DNA from: Pseudovirgaria hyperparasitica | Lineage: Eukaryota | Reading direction: 5' to 3' (one strand) | Length of the DNA: 64,000 nt | Assembly: GCA_010093815.1 (NCBI GenBank) | Contig: ML996569.1 | In this document: positions 12,298 to 22,373 of the stretch, one piece after another | How the letters are laid out: every line of letters begins with the position of its first letter | Numbering within the stretch: position 1 is the first letter of the stretch | Position numbers and translations under genes: made by a program | The notes under the pieces: model-generated | Seen by the model: only the letters and a program-made list of their open reading frames with translations | Told to the model about the DNA's origin: nothing | Database searches by the model: none

Positions 12298-13236
12298 ATG
12301 AAGCATCCACAAAGTGAGATTATCTACTGGTCTGCCGCCACCTATAAGATGGTACACAAACTACGAGACCTTGTCCAGAACTTTTGGCTCTTTACGAAAG
12401 ACGATGCATGGACCTTCGTAGCCCCCAATACCATCTTCGGCCTCAGCAGTGCTCTCGCTGGCCGTGTATTTTGCAATCACAGTCAATCTTGGCAGGATAC
12501 CCTCTTGCGCGCCCCACTTGTCGTTCTCTTCAACTGGGCCACACTACTCATCTTCGATCTCGCAAATCAGCGTCTCCCCGAGTCTGTACGAGAGGATGCA
12601 CTCAACAAGCCGTGGCGACCGGTGCCTAGTGGTCGAATGTCAAGTGAGGCTGTCCGAATGACTATGCTGGCTTGCATACCCTTGGTTCTAATCCTGGGGA
12701 ACATGCTCGGAGCAGGCCCACAGTGTAATGGGATCATTATTCTGACATGGCTTTATAACGATTTGGGTGGCGGTGACCAGAACTGGGCTCTTCGAAATCT
12801 TATTATCGCTGTCGCATTTGGGTTGTTCAATGTGGGATCGTTGCGGGTGGCGGTAGGGGCAGGGAGTGAAGAGTTAGAATTAAGTTACCATGGGAAAATG
12901 TGGACTGTCATGATCAGTGCGGTGATCTTCACTACCATGCATGTACAGGACTTGAAAGATCAGCTAGGGGATAAAAGTCGAGGCCGACACACAGCGCCGC
13001 TGATATTGGGAGATCACTATGCAAGGTATACCATCGCAATTCCAGTGGCTGTTTGGTCCGTGATCATGTCAGTTTATTGGAACATGCGGCAGTGGAGTCT
13101 TGTACTCATTCTGTTAGGATCATATATCTCCTGGCGTTGTTTAATGTTGAGAAACAAGGAGGAAGATCGAAAGACCTGGCAATTCTGGGCTGCGTGGACC
13201 GCTGTCCTCTATATACTCCCAACTATTTTCAGTTAA
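12298..13236 (+). CDS. UbiA-family membrane protein, probable UbiA-type terpene cyclase (Fma-TC-like); alternative start 12349
   Basis: Multi-TM 312-aa intronless ORF with DLANQRLPESVREDALNKPWRPVPSGR, YNDLGG and HVQDLKDQLGDKSRGRHTAP. The NQ..ED first motif differs from the NDxxDxxxD of aromatic UbiA/Coq2 prenyltransferases. Confidence 0.85.
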   Translation: MKHPQSEIIYWSAATYKMVHKLRDLVQNFWLFTKDDAWTFVAPNTIFGLSSALAGRVFCNHSQSWQDTLLRAPLVVLFNWATLLIFDLANQRLPESVREDALNKPWRPVPSGRMSSEAVRMTMLACIPLVLILGNMLGAGPQCNGIIILTWLYNDLGGGDQNWALRNLIIAVAFGLFNVGSLRVAVGAGSEELELSYHGKMWTVMISAVIFTTMHVQDLKDQLGDKSRGRHTAPLILGDHYARYTIAIPVAVWSVIMSVYWNMRQWSLVLILLGSYISWRCLMLRNKEEDRKTWQFWAAWTAVLYILPTIFS

Positions 13237-13399
13237 CTATCAGACCTAATATGAGCCTGGGCTGTAGGAGGTTGTGGGTAGAGATCTATGACTATAGGTA
13301 TCAGTCGATAGTACAAAGGATACAAAGCCGATTAGCAGTGTGATCCAGGGAAATATCGTGATGCTGTGCTTGCATGTGCTCAATTCTAGTTGTCACGAT

Positions 13400-14520
13400 C
13401 ATCAAGATGTGATAGGTCGTACTCCAAGTTAAACTACAGTCGGCTAGAGATCGAGATCTTCTACAACGATTTAAATGATATGAAGATATTGAAATTAAGA
13501 TTTATTGCCATGTATATTACCAATGAGGACCTAAGGTATACAATAGTACGAGCAATGAAGGTCATATATATTTATCTATAACAATCGTAGATAGATGCAG
13601 GGAAGTTATTTCCTACATGGACGCCGGTTGCGTAACATTGAATACAGAAGAAGAAAGAATTCTAATTAATGAACAGAAGCTCTTGAAGCGTCAAAGCTAC
13701 TAACATACTACCCTTGAGGTAGAAGGTAGTTATCCAAGTAAGAGTGAGAGTACCATGGTCAAGACTTAGGTAGAACGTGCTATTTATTATCATGTGAACC
13801 CAGTGAAATGGCCCGGTATGTAATATGTATGAATCATAGCTAGGACTGATAGTAATATTATCTACGATATCGATATTGTCTAACTAAGTATTATAAGGCT
13901 AATACTATCGACAATTCTCCAATATAATACTAGACTTTGTTACTTGCATCTAAATAGAGAATAAGAGAAGAGATATCTCTTAAAGAGATCTACTATCTTC
14001 TCTACGATGGAGTTAGAGAAGATTTATATTAACTTTTCACTTTCTTTAAGATAGATATATTTCTATAGAGGACTTCTCTATAGGCGATTCCTTTAATCTC
14101 AATCTAATCTGTGGGAATCATATTATAGATACTCGAGAAAGGGGAATCTTCTAAGCTAATAGCTTCCTAGAGTATAAGATAAGATATCTATAAAGCTATA
14201 AAGCTATATTAACTACAGAAGTAGTAGTAGGTAGTTTCTCTAATACTATCATAAAGCCTATGCTAGAGACACGTTACATCTTTAACGGACTATAAGGTCT
14301 ATTGATAACTAATTAGGCTTCTACATATAAATAGATTATTATACTTATTAGGCTCTTTCTCGTAGTATACCTTATATAGGGATAGACTTATGATTATACT
14401 ATGACAGAAGGCATCTAGGTTGAGTATATACTACGCCTGTCTTATTTATTAAATGGACGCTGGTACCGAAAAGTGGATTCCATACACTGCTATGTTTATT
14501 TTCACGATTATAAGAGGTAC
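13400..14520. repeat. AT-rich, TpA-enriched tract; probable RIP-degraded repeat or transposon relic
   Basis: Visibly lower GC, abundant TA/TAG/CTA (e.g. TATAAAGCTATAAAGCTATA) and no ORF of 60 aa or more between about 13.6 and 14.7 kb. Element family not identifiable. Confidence 0.6.
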
Positions 14521-14930
14521 CTTGCTTGTGCACCGCATTATCAACAAAGAATGCTTGAAAATTTGTTCAAGCACCCTTGAAAGTAACTAGGTACCCAATA
14601 ATGCTCGTTGTTTTGTTGGGCATTATGTTATGCTTTCATATACAGCTAAGCGTGCTTCAGCTTTCATAGATCCCAGAATGCAGACTAAGACATCCTGATG
14701 CCCAATAGGCCTATCCAAGGGATGACTTCATGAATACCGAGCCAAATACGTACGAATACCGAATTGCTTTGCACCACTTGATTCTCTCTGAGAGTGATCT
14801 CACCTTGCTTATAGCGCTTAAAGAGCCTGAGACAAATAATTAAGAGCATAAAAATCCAGTATCTATGTAGACTCTCGATGTGGCGCCATTCATATGTCGA
14901 GCAAGGATTCTGTGTTTTGACCAAGTACCA

Positions 14931-15991
14931 TCAGTCTTCCTTGCTAATGATAATTGAACGGGTCTCGACACTTCGTCGCTTGCAAGCCGTAGGGCTTGCT
15001 CGTGGGTTGGGGAAAGGTACGTGAGGACAAACTGTTGGGGTTAGCGTTAGAGTCTATATGTGAGATAGATAGAAATACACCGTGCTTGATCACCAGGCGC
15101 GGAGTCATAGCTGACGAATAGTACGGGCTCCTCGGGCGTCATATGCTCAAGCCAATACCTACAGAGTGGTTGTCAGTCTATCGTCGGAGGCTAGTAGTGA
15201 TTTCTGGCTTGTACCATTGTTGGGCAGGGTTATATCGAAGATAATAATTTTCGCCGACACGAGTTGGTATCACCCTGTCACACGCAATGAGATCGTTCTT
15301 ATCAACGGTACGGTAGTCGCAGTAAGCTAGCGGCATGTCCTCCAAGATAGGGAGTAATGAACGCCACGTGCTAAGTAGAGTGTTATTAGCCAGGCATCGT
15401 TCCTTGAGAAATTTCCATACTTCATGATCCTAAACCGATATCCACGCTTTGCATATTTCGCCATGAGCTCCCGAGGCAGGTGATGTCCGATGATTCTTGG
15501 TCCAGCTGCGCGTGATACATCAACATGAGCACCCTTTGCCGGCCGATCCGGGACTGTATCATCCCTAAGGTTGATAACACGACCAAGGTCAGCTCCATTA
15601 TCTCGAAGCTGTAAACATCTCAGCAGAATGGAAGCAGTTCTGATTGCTCACATACCTTTACGTCAAATGTGTAGACACATTCCACGTCAAGGAGCTTTTT
15701 GAGATACGTTTGGGTCTCAGATCTGTACTCTGCAACCTCTTCGTTTGTCTTTATCTCGGAAACGGATGTCTGATGGTTCAAGATTGTGAAGCCTACTTCG
15801 TTCAAGTCAAAAGGCTCTTTTTGTTCTCTGACATCACGTATCAGTACGGAGTCACGTTTTTCGAATTTCAAATTGTTAGTAGTGACAGAACTGTCGTATT
15901 CTGCTGCAGACACAAGAACCTGGTATGGTTTCTCATTTTTGTAAAGGGGCAAATCTGCAATGAATTCGATCGACGTTACAATGTCTGGCAT
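14931..15991 (-). CDS. AsaB/CmcJ/GA4-desaturase-like (putative Fe/2-oxoglutarate hydroxylase/desaturase)
   Basis: Exon 1 has LYKNEKPY, IRDVR and LNEVGF. Downstream exons read by hand give KGAHVD (HxD), TWRSLLPILEDMPLAYCDYRTV, YNPAQQW/YWLEHMTPEEPVLFVSYDS, CPHVPF and RRSVETR, with stop at 14931-14933. Confidence 0.82.
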
Positions 15992-16392
15992 TGCTAACGT
16001 GCCTCAAATTTCGATGTGGTCAGCTAGATGATAGCAGGAGAACTACTTAGACCCAAAAGAAAATCAGGTCATAGCAGATGGGGCTCTGCATACCACTAAG
16101 CTTGTCTCACCGATCGGTCCATGCATAGGATAGTGCACAACGGCATGCTTCATATTCCATACTGTCCCAGGTGGCAAACTGTGTGCATACCAGTAACTGA
16201 TCTCTCAGCTTGTCCTTTCCGCTCACCGGCCGCATTAGAATACACCGTTTCTGGATGTACGTATTGCTTACAGAATCGGCGTACGACTCTGCGGGACGGC
16301 CTATCATGAATGCGTATATGATTGTCTGGCCCCCCTTGTAAACACAACCATTCATGCAAGACGCAGTTGACATGATAGGCCAGACTAAACTT

Positions 16393-17119
16393 CTAGACAT
16401 GGTCCACCACAACATGTGGCTCGGGACTTACGATGGCTTCTGCATGTGCTGGCAAAAGATAGTCACAGCTGAGTCTATTGGCCCTGGCTACACTTTCTAG
16501 ATCGGCACATAACAAATCATCAAGGAAAAGTGTGATCTCAGGAGCGGTGATCCTGGGCATTGATGTGTGCATAAAGCTCGACCAGCTCCAGCTCAACAGC
16601 ACTCGTTGTGCATCCTGTCGATTCAACCTACCAATCTTCAACATACCAGCGTCTCAATTTTGTAGCTCCATAGCAATATCACGTAGGTCTTTTGTGCGTG
16701 CTTTCTTTTCTTGACGCTTGCTGAACTCCCTAGTCTCCACCATGCAAGCTCAAATCGAATTTCTCAAGACAATCACGACTGGCCCTGAGCCGGACGAGGT
16801 CATCGATACTATGGCAGCCCCTGTAGAGCTTTACCCGAGCGAGAGCGAGAAGGAACAGCCGTGGAAGGCATGGATGAAGTTCCAGGAAGCAACTCCTTCT
16901 GGAGATGAGCTGGTATTCATGATCAACGACCTCGATTGTGGTGCAGGTGGACTGGGTGGATACTGATTCTGGTGCGGAAGAATCGTCATGAGTTGAGCAT
17001 ACTGTAGCTGCTGTTTGACAATTCGACCACCATGCCATGGATGTAAAGCCTCTGTCTGGCCTACTTCGTAGGGAAATCCACTGACGGTCTATATTATTTC
17101 TATAATAACATCTATCCAT
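16393..17119 (-). pseudogene. Possible degraded or orphan gene (frameshift plus premature stop)
   Basis: Protein-like ORFs 16730-17119 and 16393-16644 are linked by an upstream in-frame stretch (VETREFSKRQEKKARTKDLRDIAMELQN*DAG) with an internal TGA. No family recognised. Confidence 0.25.
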
Positions 17120-17139
17120 GTTTGAGTGCGTGATTCGAC

Positions 17140-18623
17140 CTATGCTACTTGCGAAACTTGGATCGCTTGAAGCACAAATTGACCAAGCGCAAATAATAGT
17201 CCAACTCCACCGAATATAGTAACGATCCAGAATGTGTACCTACAGAATCAGTCTCGACCATATTTGAGGAAGTCGATACAGAAACTCACCAGCGAAGCAA
17301 GTCTCTCCGATCCTGCCAAAGCATTTTAATTGTGCCAGGATCCTGTCGAGAGATATACTCTTGCAAAAGTAGCAGTCGGGGCCCAAGAATGGGAAAGTTA
17401 GTATGAATACTGTATGCTGTCGTTCGGCTCGAAGTATCTGCTGACTGTTTAACCAGATCGCGGAGGCATATATCAATGTTGCCGGAGACTATAGCCCGTT
17501 TCGCTACCACACGTCGGAAGTGCTCACGGGCTCTTCTGTCATCTCCAAAAACCAGGCTATACGACAGCCGAATTTCTTCCAGTAAGGCTTTAGTGGAAAA
17601 TCCATCGGGCTTTGAGTATGCATCGTAGTAGCTGGAGAGCAGGCTGTCATCTGGAATCAGTTCTGCACATCTTATATAGAGTCTAAAGCTAGACAACTCA
17701 CCTATCCAGCAGTGTCTTCTCGAACCTATTGATCACACAATATGACGGTAGTTGAAACATTAGCAATCGCCGTTTCTCGATATCAAATGAGAGATGAGAG
17801 CTTATGTTAGAAACCCACTGAATCTCAATCCTTCCAATGCGCCATAGAGTGGAGGCATTGAGCAAAGAGACTTGCAGTGTATCCGATGGTCTGTACGCGG
17901 GATCCCAATTTGTTTGATTAGTGGATTGGTTTTGAATTGGGAGAAGTTGTCCAAATTGGCGTAGCATTTCGCACAGTGGTTTCTTCCCTTGCTCAAGACC
18001 TATAGCAGCTAGATTGAGCCCAACGAATTGCTGCTCGTCAAGCGACAATGTCGTTGAGACAGGCATGGTAGGTGAGGGTGAGTACAACATGCTAATCCAT
18101 GACATCGATACGAAAACCAAAGTACATGCTCTGGCATACGTATCTGGACTTCTTGATACGTCCGCAAGTATCTGACGCTGCACCAGATAGCTGACAGCTG
18201 TATCAATGCTACAATACTTATTGGCCTTGGCATGCTCTGCAAGTCTAGCCAGCATACACATCATCTTATCCAGATCAGTCAAGCTTGCGTTAGACTCTGA
18301 GTTGACAAGCAATCCCTGGAGGGTGGCAGCTGGGAGAGCCTGGATATTGTGTTCGAGGTAGTCAAGGAAGACCTGCTGGCCCGGAGTTGCAACAGCCGAG
18401 TCTCCGAAATCGGTACCAGTGACTGCAGATAGCAGAAGCTTTGCTGTAGTCTCCAATGGTTTCTTAATCGATCTTGCTGCAGTTTCAGGTTACCATTCTG
18501 CACATGTCATTCCAATTGTCCCTTGCACTCACAATCTCGCTGCCCTTCTTGATTGGCCTTTTCTAGATCATGGATTGACTCTCTGTTATGATACCACCAC
18601 AAACACCATGGCGGGACTCTCAT
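17140..18623 (-). CDS. Conserved-looking fungal hypothetical protein with a C-terminal TM helix
   Basis: Exon 1 MRVPPW.. (ATG 18623) splices GTGAGT..CAG in frame to ORF 17698-18456 (LNASTLWRIGRIEIQWV..SHLSFD..LLMFQLPSYC), then 17286-17696 (EIRLSYSLVFG..FPILGPRLLLLQEYI..WQDRRDLLRW), then a last exon YTFWIVTIFGGVGLLFALGQFVLQAIQVSQVA*. Confidence 0.75.
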
Positions 18624-19700
18624 CTTTGTTGTGTAAATAAGATATGATATGTTTGTTACACAGGCGATTTCACAAGAACAAACTTTCATGTAAGCTCCGC
18701 TAACGTGTTTCTGAACTTGAGTATTGTGGTCCGTGGATCAACTCTAGTTCGATACTGGCAAGACATTACTATGAAATGATGCGCTCATTGCTGTGTACAC
18801 GGCTGTAGTTGACCACCGTGAGGCGGCCTAATGGGTCTGCCAGCCACCAATATCTGGTCCCTGAGCTGAACCCGCGGTATAGAGTCGTTGTAACTTGTGA
18901 TGGTGGCTGCACGAGACTATACCTTATTGCCCTCGATCTTCTTTCCTTTCGTAATGTGATGTATGGACCGGCCAATGATGAAGCTAGTCATGATGTTGGA
19001 ATGGCTTTATGTAGCAAAGATTGAATGATTTGCCAGTGCTGGATGGATGAGTTGTACGCCAATCAGTCCTTACCAGGAGCGGTTTAGGCGCTTGTGGACA
19101 CCCACTTGTACACAACTACAGCTGTCACCTTGTCTTCCGGGGTTCTCGATCCCTTTGTCGCCAATTATACTTGGGCTCAGTTGCATCAGAAATATTAGCG
19201 CCGTAACCATCTTGACGGCTGACGGCTGCCTACTTGCCAAGCATTAGCAGCCCTTGTCATAGCCTTACGGGTCTGCGACGCCAAACCTACTCACCGGTCG
19301 ATATTCCGGCGTCGAATAGCGATGGGGAGTCACCCTCCTAATTACCAGCAGCTGTTCCCACATCCAAGTTCCCTTGCCGTACCGCTGGGAAGCGAAAATG
19401 CTGTCGCTTTGGATGACCTGACCACGTTGACAAGGCAGAGTTCCTAGAGTCGTCTTAGCTTGTTCTGTCAACGTCAAACGCAGCTTCAAAGGACATGCCA
19501 CATCCTGTCTACTTCTTCCTATTGACCACTATAAGAAGCGTCTATGACCTGTGTTCATACATCCAATAGTCAAGAGATTACCACCGACGCCGTTATCTTA
19601 CTTCACCGCCAATATAGGGACAAGACTGTCGTTTGGCGGGCTCATCAAGATTGCATCTTGCTTCGCCGCCATTGTCGCATTCCTGAAGTGTAACTTCAGG

Positions 19701-21752
19701 ATGGCGCAACCCAGCTTTCGCCATGCGTGGAAATCAGGCAGTCCGCCACCGGGCTTTGAATTCCATCGTCGTTCCATAACCAAAATCGATCCGTTGACTG
19801 CATCAGCTCATGTACTCCAAGATATGCTTACAGCTGGTGAAGTCAAAAGCGCGGATCTTGCAGAGCACTATATCTCGCGGATCGAACAGTACAACGGCTA
19901 TCTCAACGCAGTATTTCAATATGCGCCAGGAGTGATGCAACGAGCCAAAGACATGGATGAGAAACGCAGTCAAGGCACTGTCCTTGGACCTCTGCATGGA
20001 ATACCAATTCTACTCAAAGTATATTGTGCCCCTGTTGAAGCATTCTACGTCTGACGAATACAGGACAACATGTGTACAACGCCAGACTTGGGCATGCATA
20101 CAACTGGAGGAGCAGTCGCACTGATAGGCGCAGAATGTTCGTCAAATGCGGAAGTTGTTCAAAAGGTAGAAATATACACTGAGAATGTGTCAAAAACCAC
20201 TAACATTCCTAGCTTCTTGATGCCGGCGCAGTGATTTTAGGAAAGACAACATTATCAGTAAGTTTAGATGCGAAGTGATGGATGAGGCTAATGACGATAC
20301 CATTAGGAGCTTAATTTCAACAGGTAAGCGCAACGCCAAAAAAAATAATGCTTATGATTTCTAACTATCAGCCAAGGGATTCCCATCTTCCGTGTTCTTG
20401 GTCAGCAGTCGCAGGAATGGGCCAGTCGCCGTATGTCAAAGGAGGTGTCGATCCAAATGACAATGCCGGAGGTCACAGCGTAAGTGTTTTTTTTTTGCGA
20501 CGTGCGTTTCATCATCTTACTATCATACAGAATCCAGGTGGGTCATCCTCTGGGTCTGCCATCGCTGTCGCAGCCGGACTTGCACCCATTGCCGTAGGCA
20601 GTGATACAGATGCATCGTTGACGGCACCTGGTGTAAGAGCGGCATTATATACTCTTAGACCCACGCTCAACTTGGTGCCCGTCCGTGGTGTTCTGCCTAT
20701 GGCTCATTCGTTTGATACGGCCGGTCCGATGGCCAAGAATCCGAGGGATTTGGCCAATCTTCTCGATGTTCTAGTTGATCCATCTACGACGAAGGTTCCC
20801 TCAGGTGGGTACGTCTCGGTCTTGGATCAGAGCTGGACCGGTATACGCATTGGAGCTCTTGACCCCGAGATTTGGCAGTATCCAGATTGGCTGTGCAAGC
20901 CTGAGGAAGCCGCGACTCAACAGATCGTGAGACGCTTCGACGACAAACTCTCAAATTAAGCTAATGCTACTAGATCCGCGACACAAGAAACGCGTATGCT
21001 CGGGTTCGGTCTCTTGCCGATTCTTTCCATGAAAATGTGGAGCTTCTAGAGGCTACCGAGTTTATGCTCAATGGGGATCACTCTATCTATACCATCGTTG
21101 GTACGGAAGTGTAAATCAATACCAAAGCAAGATCACGTCTAACAACAATGCAGCTGATGACTTCGAAGAAGACATGAACGGCTTTCTTTCAGAGCTCACG
21201 AAGAAGAAATTCGATGATCTGAGAGGAATGGTCAAATGGAATGCTGAAAACGTAGAAGAAGCACTAACAAAAGGTGCGTACATATTGGTGAAGCCGTAGA
21301 TAACATCGCACTCATCAATTTGACAGAATATCCTGGCCAGGACAAATTGACTGGTGCTCTAGAGACTAATCTGTCTGTGGATGCTCGAAACGAAACTGTT
21401 TCACACTACAAGCGAATCGGGGCAAGCTTTGATGAGATTCTCAAAAAGTATGATATCAACATCATCATTGCTCCTGGGGATTGCTTCTTTTGCCAGTATG
21501 GTCCCGCAAACGGTATGCACAGAAAGGAATGGCCCTATGCATAAACAGCTGATTGGAATTCTAGGTTACCCCGTTGCAGCTCTGCCATTGACCACATTGG
21601 ACTTCAACGGACGACCCATTGGTATTCAAGCTATCGCAGCCGCTCATCAAGAGCCATTGTTGCTGAAGTTTATGAGCGCGTGGGAGGCAACGTTCCCTCG
21701 GCCCGTACCACATGGTTACGGTGATGTTTCACCAAATGATCACAGTCTCTAA
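19701..21752 (+). CDS. Amidase signature family protein (many introns)
   Basis: GPLHGIPILLK(DN) with the catalytic Lys, GAVILGKT, PGGSSSGSA, GSDTDAS with the Ser nucleophile, FDTAGPMAK, GYP and GRPIG. Confidence 0.92.
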
Positions 21753-22277
21753 GAGTACTAGCCTTAGCAAGATTTCATGACAGGCCTGTAGCAATGTAGC
21801 AACGTGTATTGCCAGCAGAGGACAAATCCGTCGCTGCCCAAGCGAAGTCTAGATCAAGGTTTCTCGTAAATGAAGCTTTGGGACAGCCACGTGTAACGGC
21901 AGAGATGCCATTAATCCATGTGCTTCTTGTTTCGCAGTACAACCCAAATCAAAGTTGTAGCTAGGACACATAATGGTGAAGGGACTGAACGAGCCAGCGA
22001 ATGACAGTATCCAGCCCTTCTATCCACATTGTGTATAGATCGACCGGGTATCTGTAGGAATCTCTTTTATTTCCTTTGGGCTGAGATCTACGGCCCATTC
22101 GTACTCATGTAATCCGTCAGGAGTACATCACGCGACACTATAGGACGCCTCTGCGAGACTTTCAATGTCGTATAATCCCTACCAGACGAGTTATTGCAGC
22201 CACGGAAGCCGACTACAATGTTCATATTGAGCGAGCAGACGTCAGCCAATCACAGTACACCCTACAACGATCCCGGT

Positions 22278-22337
22278 CTCGTATATCAGATTCTCACCGA
22301 TCAGGCTCTCGCCAATCAGTCCCTCACCGATCAGACT
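22278..22337. repeat. Four imperfect 15-bp tandem repeats
   Basis: CTCGTATATCAGATT / CTCACCGATCAGGCT / CTCGCCAATCAGTCC / CTCACCGATCAGACT. Confidence 0.7.
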
Positions 22338-22373
22338 TCCCGCACGATACTTTCTTTATAGGAATGCAGAACG

